Shown one piece after another: positions 23,965-37,303 of a stretch of 64,000 nt of DNA. The notes beneath the pieces were generated by a model, which was not told where the DNA came from, searched no databases, and saw nothing but the letters and a program-made list of their open reading frames with translations. The position numbers and the translations under genes are program-made. Source of the stretch: Pelomyxa schiedti (Eukaryota > Protista > Evosea); NCBI GenBank assembly GCA_020536535.1, contig JAHLWZ010000831.1, positions 27,545-91,544 of the forward strand, given 5' to 3'. Each line of letters begins with the position of its first letter. The first letter of the stretch is position 1.

Positions 23965-26900
23965 ATGATGCACCACGGGCAAACTGGGCAGCAACAGCAG
24001 ACTGCTGCTACGACGCAATCGACCACTGCAGCCACTAATGCCAAGATCTCGGCTGAGCAACAGCCGCCCGCTCAGCAGCCAACGCAAACACAAGCACAAG
24101 TTCAACAGCAGCAGCAACAGTCGGGTGTAGCGATAAAGCCACTTTCGTTTAAAGTGCGTGGAGTGAGCAAGGAAGTGCCTGGCTCGAAGGCGTCGGCTCT
24201 GTGCGAGCCCGACATCAGGACTTTTTGGAGCTCAAACTCGACTGCGAAGGAGATGGTCCTTTTGGAATTGTATTTTATCTTCCGTTTCACCGCCCAATGG
24301 CTACTTTCGTACTCACTTGTGTGACAAAGGGAGGAGACTTGTATTGTTTCGCAAATCAAAGTTCATAACAAATCTGTTAATGACTGGGAATGGCTTGCTG
24401 CTTTATCACTGAAAAACGATTCCTATGTCAAATGTAGTGAAATTTTCCTGCTTCTTTTGGTGCCATAGTAAAACAAAACAACCCTAGTAAAACCTCGTTC
24501 TGAAGCTCCTCGAAAGGAAGTGGTTTTCACATTTCCTCCTGTGGCAGCAAAATTCATCAAAGTGAACTGCCTTCGTGGGAATCCAATTTCTATCTACTAG
24601 TACTCCCTCATAGTTTGCGGTTGATTGTTGAGTTAGTCTTATAAGTTGCTAGTATACAAGTTTTTGGAATTGAAGTTCCTGGCATGGTTCCAGAGTTTCA
24701 GCCAGTTATTGATACCTTGAGTGCCCTTGTTTGTAGTTCACGGTAATTGACTGTTCAGTTTGTTTTCATTTTAATCTGTGCACCGTATAGTGAGCAAGGA
24801 GAACAGCACCTTACACTTCTCCGTGAAATTTCCAAGAAACTTTCACCCTTTTCATTTTATCTGCAGGTAGTCTCATCCTTTCAACTAATACTCTCAAGAC
24901 TTAAACATATGAACAGCAAGAAATTCAGGAAGCAAAAGCGGGTGATATGCATTTCCTTGGATCTTTAGCAGGTTGGGAACGCCTTACCTCCCAAAATGAC
25001 ACTTCTTTACAGGAGTTTACTATCCTATTTTGAGCGTCTGCTCTTTTCGTGACGAACAGTCTGAAGGTTGTAAGGCAGTGAGTTCAAGACAAACTAATGC
25101 TATTCTGTTGGGACAGAACGCCCTATTCTGCTTAAGAAAGGAAAAACAGAGCCATCCCCAACCCTCCAGGCACTCCAAATAATACTTTACTTTTCATGTA
25201 AAACTTGCTGTCAGGCCCCATTTATTCTTTCTGTTCTCCGCGAGACACGAACCTCTGTTCATCTCCACCATATTTCCCAACGCATTTCTGGGTTGTTGCC
25301 TACTATTCAGTCATCTAAATCTCCTCAAGTAATAGTGTTCTAAGTCTCAATGACACTATATCATTAATGACAGATGTCAGATGACCCACAGCAGCAACAA
25401 ATCGAAGCATTACTAAATTTGTTGTTCTGTTGTTACAGCAATCCACATTTTTCTGCAACATTTGCAGGTTTTTGGTTCTACTCTGACATTCCAGTTAATT
25501 TCTTTCTAGAGCTTAGTGATGATATGTTCAAAAAAATTTTACCTCTCATAAAAGGCCTTCGAACAAACTTATCTGTGCCACTTAAAAATATTGAAGCCTC
25601 TCCATTTCGCATCACTTTGTCCCAAGAAAATGAAACTGTAGGTTAGACAAATAGAAAATGTTTGACTTAAAAATAGGCATTGAGCACATTGCTCATTTTT
25701 ATGACCAACATTACCTGCATTAACTTACTTGATAAGTTTACTCCATATCTCGATTCATCGTCAGTGCAAATGCAGTCTGCTGCAAGTCTTGCACTTTTCC
25801 TTTCTGTTGGTTAGCTTTATCTCTTCTGGGGCTCTCTTACCAGATAAATAAGGACCCCTATCCACCAACCTCCAGGAAATCCAGAACAAATCTGAGATTA
25901 TCATTGAACTTCTGAAAGAGTTCCTACCACTGCCAGCTGATAAATATGCAGTAGATGTGTTACTGTTCCTTAAGTTGGTGAATATCTCTAGTCTCAGTAG
26001 GATTTTTGTAACATTTTATTGCAGATATTGGCAGGTTGTTTTGACAGTCATTTAGACAAGTTCCTTGCATCAAAAATTCAAGTTCTATTTTTATTTCCGT
26101 TTTTGCGCATCCCTCTTGCTCTTCCTCTACTTCTTCCAAGTCTTGAAGATGGGTTACGGAGCACTGCTGAAATACACATAAATAGGACTATGTACATACT
26201 GAATTGTGCAGTATCCCACAGTGCCCTTCTACCCCAGATTGAGCAGGAACTCTTGGAAAAACATGTCGACTATTCATCAGCTTTTGCTTCGATTGCTCCC
26301 AGCTGCCAATTACCACTGTATGTGACTTAAGTGTGGAAGTTTACTCAAACTACTGTAAACTACCACAATAACACGGGAAAAAAGTAACAAAACAAAGTGG
26401 GGCAGGGCTAGTGGAATTAGAGGTGACCACCGGAAAGACTGCAGGTCGAGGGTGGATGGATATGCTGCCAGCGGCTCACGTTTCTCTGAATAGCCTTGAG
26501 CAGCGTGCATTGGCTATTTTGAAGGACCCAGATCTGGTTCACCCAAGCACACCCCTTGATTCCATGTCAAGTGAAGATGTGGATGTCTATGTTCTTCACA
26601 AGTACAGAACGTTTTGTTACATGATACTGTTAGTTAATTGTTGTAGTTCTTCTGTTCGACATGTCAAAGCAGCACAACTTGAAAGAATTGCCCAGAGGCT
26701 TCACACAGCAGGTTGCTCCAATATTGCCAGCCCTTTTGGTTCAACCCTTCCCCAGGCAATAAAGAATCAATTGATATGGCCATACAAACGATTTTGTCTG
26801 CCGCCGAATGTCACATAAATCCATATTTCCTGGTACGGCCATTGAATCAAGAATTACTAAACTAGTGACTAGGCCAATTTTCCATCTTCCCTGAAGGAAT

Positions 26901-29900
26901 TGACTTCAAAGGACTCCAGCCTTACGGTATCAAATTGGGTTTCAGCTTATTTAATCATGAGAAAGGAACTCAAATCACTTGAAGAATCTCGGGATGTGTC
27001 CGTTATGAGCCTCCTTCTACTTGGTGCAGTGTGGGATGATGGCAGTATAAGAAAGGAGGACGTACTGTCCCTTCTAAATGGTGATGCTGATATGGGCACT
27101 ATCATCCGTCAAAACCAAGAGCTCCTGGGGAATTTTTTCATGAAACGGCTAATGCTCCCCTCAGCACCTCTCACCGAGTCTTTGATCTCTAGTTTCATGT
27201 GTGGATGTCATGCAAGTCCCTTTTCATGACATATTGAATAGATCATTTCTTCATTGGGCAACACCAAAGAAGTCCTATTACAATCAAGTGATAAAAACCA
27301 TTGTAGAGTGTTCCAAGAAATTCGACACGTTGATCGGATTGACCAATGTGAACATACCCTCATGCACTCGTCTCTTCAGATTAATTACTGATTTAGTTCA
27401 CACAGCATCAATTTGTGACACAATAGAACCAATTGGTGTGCTCTTATTACACAAAGACTTCGTTCAATGACAGGGGAAACCAAAAAGAATGGATAAATGC
27501 CATAGATTCAATAGCCACTAGCCCTCACATAATGGTACATTACTTTGGATGGTGTGCTGTGAGTGGAGCTTGGACACAGTTTCCACATACAGTTATGAGT
27601 GTTGCCCTGCCTTCACTGTCAGCTGTTCTTCGGGTAATATTTCTCTTTTTTGCGCTGATCAGTGACCTAGTTCAGGTGTACTCAGATTCCTTATATCAGC
27701 CCCAGTTCGATGCAGTTAGAAGTACAGAAGCTCTTGCACCAGTAACTCTGTTCCATCCCTCTTTTAATTGACATACATTCAGGAACTGAAGCCCGAGTTA
27801 TTGAAGATTGTCCCCAATCTCCTCACCAATTTTAGTGGATTTGCCAATGAGATTATGAAAGCAACCTGCAGACTGATAGAGGAAGCCGATGCTTGTGAGG
27901 TCTCACTGTTGGTGTTGAAGACAATCGTATGTTACTGAATTTTTTCAGGTTCCGTCTTTGTTGACCTGGGTTGGAGGACTATATGAGCAATTTGTAACAT
28001 CCAACGAAACCTATCAGACAAAAAACTTTTCTTTTGTAGCTCGAGCATTGTTAGAGCAGATAATTAAGTCTCACACTGTTCATGTGGCTCACGAGATTCC
28101 CAATTTATTATGTATCTTCAGCTGAATTTTATCTTTTTTTAACACACCCAAAAGCTGTTGTTACTTCACTGTGTATTTGTCCTTGGATAACTGTAGATGT
28201 TGTCTCCCGGTTGCTTGACATAGTTAAACCAATTTTTAATCAGTTACCTTTCCTCTAAAGCATCTTTCCTCTTTAACAACGCAATAAAGGCATAATAAAT
28301 CCGTTGGCTCCGCTTTTGAGATGAGTTCATTCTCTGAACTACTCTCTGCATTTGAGAAACATCCTCATTGTGACCACTTATTATTACTTGTGGCGACAGT
28401 CTTTGCAGATCTGTCTGAGGAGAAAAAGCAAATAGTATGGGAGGGTTTTCCTGATAAGTATCTCACATGAGTAAAAAAAAAAAGATTGTTCATATCCTCA
28501 ATGTGTGGATCTCGAAAGAAAGATGGGATGGAGAACTTATCTGGGGCAGACTGAAAGGAAAATTCCTTTTCCTTATGCACAAAACGTGAATATGCACATA
28601 GGTTTTCATCAACTGTTTTCTGCGTCTGTTGGTTCTGCTGTTAATGCTACCGTACTTCAACCACTTGTCTTGCCCTTGTGTAAGTTAGTGGAGCCATTTT
28701 GGAGTACTTATAGTCAACTTGCTGATAGCATGATCCAAGTAGGGGCAAAACGTAAACAAAAAGAATTCTTACGCTTCAATTGAGGCAGCAGTGGAGTGTG
28801 TTACTTCATTTGGTCTTCCCGAGTTTTGGACATCTGTACAAGTAGTATTAAGTTGGTGCCAAGAATTGCAGGCCATAAAAAAATGGCACTGCTCTGGAGC
28901 TCTTCTGTGCTTTACAATTAAAGCTACTGGTAACCAGCCTCACAATATCTGTCGTTCCTTAACAATTTCAGTAAATATTATGCAATCCAATGCACCTAAA
29001 AATGGGATACCCTCTGAGGTTTCATTTTGCCCAAGTGGCACTACTTTTCATTCTCCGACAGATCATTGAATTATATGCAAAATGTTTGTCCAGTCGCTCC
29101 ATGCAAGCACCACGCCTCAAGTGGAGACAGAAATCCATTATTTATATGCAAGACCTTCTCAGACCAGAAACCCAGATATCACCTCCTTCACTGGTACCCT
29201 CTTTTACTGGAAGAAAAACCTTACATGCCTCAAGACGCATTTTGTTTCTGTTATTCAAACCGCTTTAGAGCACCCAGAACCAGAACTGCGGGAGGCTGGC
29301 CTTCAACTAATTCTCCACTCCATTGAAACGCTTTCCCCCAACCTTGGTACATTGTCAGGGTATATTCCATTTCTCAAACAACTCCAAGGGCCTATCAGAT
29401 CTGTGTGGTCATGGGTGTTCAACGTTGCCTTGCTTGACAATTTCCCAAAAATTCGAATGATAGCGCTTACGGTCATAGAACGCGTGTGTATTATCTCTCT
29501 TGCCACCCTTCTGAGAAATGTCAGTTCCTACCCTTTATTTTGACTGAGGAAATCTCCGTGTTTTCCTTGACTTTCTTCAAACTTTGCTCCGAGTTGCTAG
29601 TGCAAGGGCGACCTAGTATAACCTTCGTTTAGAGACATAAGACTAATCAAAACTAGATTCCATGTGTCATTCTCGTATTGGGCTCGAATTACTTGCCATG
29701 TTCATTTGTCATCACTCTGAGATTGTAACACAAATTCCAATATCACTGTGGGAATCTGTTAAGGTGCAGCAGATCTTTCACCAATTTCGGTTTTTTTTAA
29801 AAAAAAAAGTGTGTCCAAGAAAGAGTTCCTTCCTGTGCAGCTTTGGCTGGAAAAATACTACTCACTAAATTAGGTACATCTCCTCCTACATGTAATTTGT

Positions 29901-31397
29901 TTGATTCTTCCAGATCCGAAGTGCGGCTCCATTGTCACTACAGATATAAAAGCACCAGTAAGTAGACCCTCAGAAATATTGGACCCTGAAACTGCTGAAC
30001 TGAGAGATACAATTTTACGGTTGGTCTCATTGTAATTCTCTGATGTTTACATTTGTTTTCCAAAGAGTTGTGGTAAAGTACCAGGCTGAAGATAAACTAG
30101 AAGCGGGAAAGAAAATAGATGTAAAACGGCTGACGCTTTACGCTCAAGAAGCAGCTGTTGAGCTCTCGATAAGAAGGACACCTCAAAGCGAAACTGTTTC
30201 TAACGATTCTACCTGTGAAGTATCAAATAAACACGTTCCTGAGAAAACAGAGTTTCCCTCAAGGTATCTAGACGGGGTAGCAGGCACCTAAACAGTTTAC
30301 AGAGAAACTCTTCTTCTGCGAATTCAGTCATTAGAGAAGGAAATTGAGGAGGAAAACAAGTGCGAGTACCTTTTCTGAAATACCAATAACAAAATTACAG
30401 CCGAGAACTTATCAAACGAGTGCAGAAAAGAATTGTGCTTCCTTTTTTTCCTCTCCCTCTCTTAAGACATGATTTAGGAGCTTGATACCATTCTAACACA
30501 TGAAAGGGAGATAGAGTACCACAGGTATGTTTCTACAACAAATCCGTTATTAAAACACTCATTCGCCCTTCAGGCAGCAACTACGTAAACATGAGGCACT
30601 CCTTAGGCTCCGCCAAGAGCAAGAAACAACGGCTCTGAAAGTATGCTCAACCCATGACTGACAGGACTTGTTAATTCCCACACAGGATATTGAACGACAA
30701 ATCGCTATTGAGGAGGAACGGGAAAAGACGAAACAACTCAAACACAAAGTTGACATGGACTCTGAGCACCAAACCCAACTTCGCCTGGAAAGGAAAGCCA
30801 CTGCAGTGTGCTTCCAACAGAAATTATGTGTGCCTGATACTTTTTAGCCAAGAGAACGAGAGCAGTATAGTGCACGTGCTAGAGAGCGAGAAAGGGAGAA
30901 AGAAACAGTTCATATACGTCAAGAGCCTGCTATAACAATCACAACAACCCTTACTCCAACGGTTGATATGGGCCAACTACAAATGCAACCATCTGGGTGC
31001 ATCAGCCCTCCAATTTCCACATCTACCCCACCACCAGTACCTTCAGCCCTGCCAGCACTTCCACCAACACCCCTTCAAACACAGGCCCAGCCAGTAGTTC
31101 TCACAACAGGTAAGAAACACCCCAAATGGAAATTAAAACCTAACAACAATAAAGGTTCAATACCTGAGGATGCAGATGAAGGTACTTACTTTTTTTTATT
31201 CCTTTAACTCAGTGAAAATTAGATACGGACTTGGTGCAACCAGTTCAATCATTCCAGCCATATGGTCAAATACCAGGGTAACCCCACTTCCAACCACTGA
31301 CATCCAACTTATTACGCTACATAGGCAAAAAGTTACCGTGACAAAAACTTCGCGCCGAAGAGCACCCGACCCTCGCTCAAGGCCAAAGAACCTCTGA
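23965..31397 (+). CDS. large multi-exon protein: N-terminal beta-sandwich (discoidin/APC10-like), alpha-solenoid (ARM/HEAT-like) body, C-terminal coiled coil
   Basis: Many short + exons; N-terminus KPLSFKVRGVSKE...FWSSNSTAKEMVLLEL...HNKSV...KPRSEAPRKE...CLRGNPISIY...PEFQPV; Leu-rich helical exons; could be two genes. Confidence 0.65.
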
Positions 31398-31572
31398 GGA
31401 TAGATGTTCGAAATCATTTATTTTTTCTATTTTTCTATTTCAAACGAAAAGCAGTTGCTAGATTTAATTAAATCGCCGGCAATGGTACGACACTCAACAA
31501 CACAGTGGCAGCAGTTCCCTGCGGCGATAAACAAACAAAAAAGCTTTGTGTTGGTGTCACATCTCAATAAAA

Positions 31573-32661
31573 ATGGTAGATCCGAAGACAAACGCGGTTA
31601 AGGCGAGAATACTTGTTCAGCAAGAGTGTCCATGGCAAACAAAAGATGGGTGTAGATAGGAGGCAGATGACCCACAGGGAACTTGCTGGTATCGCTGCTG
31701 TTCGTTCATCGTAATACTAACCCCTTTTCTCCCCCTTTGTGTTTTTCTTAAATTACAGAGGGCAAGAAAGATGAACTGAAGTTTTTCAAACTCGGCAAAC
31801 CTTGTTTGTATTCTTAACAAATGTAATTCCGATTTTCACTTTCTCTCCCTCAAGTGAGACATATCACTGACGACAGTGAGTATGCCAACGCTGGAATTAG
31901 GAATCCCAAAATTATGATTACCACAGCACACGAGCCCTCTAACACCTTGCGCCAGTTTGCCAAGGTAAATAACCACGCTTGTGTACCGGTACCCTGAAAC
32001 AACCAAAAGGAAATGTCCAAAGTCATTCCAAACTCTTACAGTTTCAACCGCGGCCGCCATCCCATCAAGGAATTGATACAAGCATGCAGAGAGAATGATG
32101 TAACAGACTTCATTCAACTTTTTGAAACCAGGGGCGTGCCCACATCCATGTTTGTGAGTCACATGCCACTTGGTCCCACTGCATATTTTGGATTGTGCAA
32201 TTGTGTCATGCGGAAGGAAATGGAGAATCCCCCGCCAATTTCTACCCAATACCCACATTTGGTCTTCCACAACTTCACCACACCCCTTGGAAAACGGGTA
32301 ATTTCACCTTCAAATTGCTTTTGCTCGACTTTTATTGACCCATTACTTCCAGGTAACAACAATATTGAAAAGTCTCTTCCCTGTTCCAAAAGCAGACAGC
32401 AACCGCACCATTTCATTCATCAACCAAAACGACTACATATCTTTCAGGTAACGCAAGCATAGGAAGACTTGTTTCTAATCTGCACCCAGACATCACCTCT
32501 ACAAACACGACGGACCTGACATAGCATTGACCAATGTGGGCCCGCAGTTCGAACTCAGGCTGTTCCGTATCACGCTAGGGACCATCGATGACAAAACCGC
32601 ACAAGTAGAATGGGTGCTACACAACTTCATGAACAGCACCAAATCTGCTGTACTACTGTGA
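31573..32661 (+). CDS. IMP4: U3 snoRNP Brix-domain protein Imp4
   Basis: DSEYANAGIRNPKIMITT...LRQFAK|E, SHMPLGPTAYF, PHLVFHNFTTPLGKR, LFPVPK, NDYISFR|HH, VGPQFELRLFRITLGT, VEWVL. Confidence 0.92.
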
Positions 32662-32878
32662 AGTAAGCTTACAGAATAAAATAAGCACCCCGATCTTTTC
32701 CCTCAGAGAAAATGATCACCTGGTGGGTGTTTTTTTACGGAATCTCCTCACCAACACCCCAGAGAGGCAACTCTCCGCCCCTTTTTTTTCTCTGTCCCTT
32801 CTCCGTCACCCGTTAGTGGCGAGAGGTTTTTATCCACCACACTTAAAAAATAATTAGTTATTATTTAAGTAAGCTGAT

Positions 32879-34298
32879 ATGCGATCCTCATTGCTTAGGA
32901 GTACTGTGGTTGTGTGCGTCCTCGTGGCTGCCGTTGTTACTCCAGCATGCAGTAGTAAAATCGGCATCATAATAAGTGATTGGGGTGAAGCAGACTCGTG
33001 TGACCAAGTGGAATCCTTCACAAAGGTATTCACTTGTTTGGTACTACTTTTTTTTTTTTTTCCCACTAACTTGGCATCGTTTAATCTTGAAGGCTGTAAT
33101 GGCGAGCCCTGTCATTGATCAGGACTCTATCCCTCCCGAGATATTCGCAGATATGATTTGGGCTACTGACGGGGGAGACATTATGGCCGAGGTATGAAGC
33201 TTTTGTGCCAAAGTGACTCATTCATTCCTCAGTATTTGACGTTCAATTGTGATACAAAGTTCACTGCAAATACTGTTGCTAGGGCAAGTGTTATGGATTC
33301 GTATCTCAGCTCTTTAGGTTACAATGTGAAAACCTACGTAGGTATCTAAAATGTCGTGTTACCACAAAAAAAAGGAAATTGGCCTGTAGTACTAACTTTT
33401 CTGTTTTCCCCTTGACAAGGTTGGCTTTACACTTCACCATTCCTTGAGGATGTGATGCTCCAGGCCAAAGAAGATGGCGTGGACACCTTTTACATCACAA
33501 CCCCTGAGGTGCAGTACAGTACCCTCATTGGTGAACTTGCGTGGAATTCCTCCCGTGATATAGCAAAGAAGTACAACTGGTCTGATGTACACATTTACGG
33601 GATTCCGACATACTATGACGGTAACAGTTAGTATCTCACAGTGTAAACTTATTATCCCAAAGACATCGATTACAACACTTTCTTGCAACAATGGATTACC
33701 AATGGTATCTCCAACTCATTCCCATCAGTGGATCCTTCAAAGGTTAGTCCCTCCCAATTTCTGGCACAAGTAATGTTCTGAAGATATGTGTATTACTGAC
33801 AGCCCATGGAGTTCCAGAGTCTGACACATTGGTTGACCCCTGGGTCAATCAAACACTGTACACTTTCGATCAAGCCAATACTGCCCTGACTGAACTGGGT
33901 TATTCCGTGTACTTTGGGTGGCAAAATCATGGAGTTCTTTGGACACAACCTACCGACATGGTATTCTTCCATCTGCGCAAAGTGCATTTAAACTCCTCTC
34001 CAATCAACCCAATCATATTTTCCCAAACGTAACAAAATATTAGGACCAGGCTAAGGAGATTGGGAAAGCACTATGCCCATATGCGGTTATCTCTGGGGCG
34101 ATCACTTTCACTGTTGACTGTTCAGAGACCCTGTATGATGGTGTATATGCCCAAAGAGGCCAGATACTGGCAGTTAATCCAAAAAAACAAGTCTCCGTAC
34201 TACCAAACTTCAATGATGATTCTGCCTGGGCAACTTTGGTTGGTGCCATAATGGCCGACTTCATCAGTGGCCAAAAACCAGTTGTACTTGTATTCTAA
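32879..34298 (+). CDS. ferrochelatase-fold (HemH/CpfC-like) protein with predicted signal peptide
   Basis: Spliced motifs KIGIII, KTYV|GWLYTSPFLEDV..QAKEDGV, VQYST, PTYYD, LLTAHGVPES..DPW, FGWQN, WTQP, FTVDCSETLYD, PNFND; N-terminus MRSSLLRSTVVVCVLVAAVVTPACSS. Confidence 0.82.
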
Positions 34299-34395
34299 AG
34301 AAGATAAAAAAAAAAAAAGAAAACCCTTTTTTTTTGGAATTGGGTTCTCTAAGTGTTGACAGGAATTCAATCGAAGAAAAAAGTACAACAAAAAC

Positions 34396-37062
34396 TCAAA
34401 GAGAAGAACTCGTTGGGGTTGAGCCAGAAGTCAAAGCTGAGGCTCCACCCGAGCCAGTGACCCTCTGTGTGTTTCTCAGTCTTGAGCTCATGGAGAGAGC
34501 GGCCTTGCGCATCTCTGCTGCCCGCTGCTGTGGTGATGGTGGGGCTGATGAGGGTGATACAGAAGGGTTCAGGGGTGTTGTTGGTGTCGGGGCTGTGTTC
34601 GGTGTTATTGCCGGCTGTGCTGCAGAAGTGGGTGTTGTTGCTTGTGCAGTAGGTGCGGGTGTGAATGTGGATGCGGCTGAGGAGGAGGCTGTGGAAGTGG
34701 AATTGGGTGTGACGGGATTCATATCTGGTTGTTGTTGTGTTGGGAAGTAGCTTGCGGGTGATAATGGTGATGAGATTGGGGGTGATGTGGGTGTGGTGTT
34801 TGCGGCTGTGGTTGGGGATTGTGTGGGTGTTAGCATGGATTGCGCTAGGACGACCGGAGAAATGGCGCTCTGTTATTGGGGTTTGTTTTTTTTTTTTTTT
34901 TGGTTTGATTAGGGACGGGCAAAATAAAAAGAAAAGAAGGAAAAAACTTGCCTTTCTGGTTTGATGGAGTTGACCCCAGCTGGGTTTCTTGGTCTTGGAA
35001 CGGGAGTTCAACTGGGCTTCCAGGTTTTTGATTTGAACCTTCCTTAACATTAAAATGCATACTTGAGTGAGAAAGTACAACCTGCAGCCTTTCCACTTCA
35101 GCTCTTTGCTCATTTATGATTGACTTATCTTGATTGAGTTCCTTTTGCGTTACTTCTAACTTGTTGAGGGTTGACGTGTGAAATTGTGCTATTTGTTCAA
35201 CTTGGTGTATTGCTTCCTCCTCTACTGTAGTTATATTGGCAATGGGGAAATGTGAAAAATACTTTGTTTTTTTTGTTCAAGAAGGTCTTCTCGATGCTTT
35301 TGCTCTTCAGAAGCTAATCTATCAATTAAGTATTGATTTTCTTTCTTCAAGGTACGAAGTTCAACGTTTACTGATAAGGGTTATTGGAATAATTATATTT
35401 TGCTCTACATTTCAGTTCTTTCTCTGAAACGACATTGTCCTCATCCTCTTCCTCTTGATTGGAAACGACAGTTATGGAATTGACCTTTCCTCTCCGTGTG
35501 GAAACTTTTATGGTTGCCATAGATTCTACCAGGGATTCGCCCTAGGTAGTCATAAGTTGACAATGATGTTGGGTTGGGAATGCACTTCAGCAGCCTTTAA
35601 GCGTTCTTTGAAACTCTATTGAGACGAACTCAGGTTTATACAGAATTAGTATGTCTGCTCACCTCCTCTGACTGTCTTACTGCCTCCGATATTGCTTGTA
35701 TTTTGGCAACGTTCTCTTGATGCAGTTTGTGGTTGATAACTTTTTCGACCATAATTTGCTGAATAATCAAATATAGAATTGCCACAGAATAAGTGATGTC
35801 AAACAGGGTGAAACCAATGTGCACTGTATCAGAACAGAAAAACAAATTGTCACTACACCCATTTAGCACAACACTACATAACCCAAGTACACAAGAAAGT
35901 GCCCATTGATAAAAGGGGAAGACTTGCATTTTGCAGTTCGGCAATCTCTGCGGCATGTTCATCTTCCAACTGTCTTTTCTCTTGTTCAGTTACCCTGTAA
36001 GTACCATTGGCGGAAGAAAAACAATGGAATTAAGAGCAACTTGAGGAGGTCCCTAGACTTTTGCATGAGTTGCTTCATGGCCAACCTCAAGGAGTGAACC
36101 TGGTCACGCAGAACTGGTCCCAAAAGTTAGGTCATCACCGAATACAAATTCACAAGTTAAAAAAAAAAAGTACCTTCAGGATCACTCTCCTCGTCTTCTT
36201 CTTCTTCATCTTCGTCATCATCCTCCTCACCTTGCCCCTTATCATCTGACTCCTCATCCTTCTCTCCCTCATCATCATCAGAATCATCATCGGAATTGTT
36301 ATCAGAATCATCGTCTGCCTCTCGGCTTGACGACAGTCCTGCTGCCTCCACTCCCTTCCCACTCTGATCATTGCCTTGCACACTTGAACTAGTGGTCGGC
36401 GCGATTCTTGCGTTGGATTCAGCTGCGTTTATAGGTGGCGTGTGAGTACCAGCAGGCACATTGTTAACCGGTGAGTGCGAGACTGCAGGCACAACAGGAG
36501 AAGCAGTTATGCACGTCGCCGTGGCTGTGGTTACCTTGGGCTGAACCACTCTAGCATCATTGCCCCCGTCTTCATCCGACGACGAGGAGTCATTTGCGCC
36601 GCGGTTCCTTTCTTCACTCCCGCTCCCGCTCCCACTACGGCTCCGGCTCCCACTCCCGCTGCCGCTGCCGCTCCGACTCCTACTCGAGCTCCCGCTCTCG
36701 CTCCTGCTGCTGTGGCTGTGGCTGTGGCTGTCCTCGTCTGACTCGCTGTCTGCTGCGTCGCTCCGGGCAGGTGGGTTAGTCCTTCCCTGCGGCGTGGGTG
36801 CTCGGCCCGGGGGCGCCTGTGTGGTGCCGCCGGGTTGCTGTGCCTGCACCTGGGGCTGCTGCCTCAGGCCCGTAGGAGGGGACGGCGACGAGGATACGCG
36901 GTGCTGCACCTGCGGCGACGGCGACTGGGCCTGGGCCTGCGCCTGCGCCTGGGACTGGGACATAGACAGGGGCGGCGGGGAAGGGGACGAGGCGGGCGGG
37001 GAGTTTTCAAACAAGCCATTGAGCAGTGGACGGCGAGGAACGCCGCCGGTCCTGTGTGACAT
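34396..37062 (-). CDS. hypothetical low-complexity (S/P/Q-rich, acidic) coiled-coil protein
   Basis: Long first exon (ORF 36157-37263) plus several coiled-coil exons ending SGSTPTSSSL*. Confidence 0.6.
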
Positions 37063-37303
37063 TGTGAACGAAAGTGTGAGCTGCAGTGTGTGGTGGCGGC
37101 GGTCGTGGCCGTTTTGTGCAGTAGTGAGTGCGATAACAAGGCGAAATGAGATACGACGGTACTTGGCCAGCATCTCGTCGAGCGACGCTACGAATATCGA
37201 ACAAAATTTTCGGCTTCGCGGCAAATCAAAGTCAGAGCAAAGTGATTGATTGTTTAGAGCCACACAAACAAGACATTTTTTTGTTTTGTTTTAACTGTAA
37301 CAG

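Noticed and set aside
28930-28971. TTCCTTAAC U12-like branch point near an acceptor
   Set aside because: The donor is GTAACC, not GTATCCTT; no convincing minor intron was found
31300-31397. C-terminal LITLHRQKVTVTKTSRRRAP resembling a capping-protein-interaction motif
   Set aside because: Poor match to the LxHxTxxRPK consensus; too weak to call
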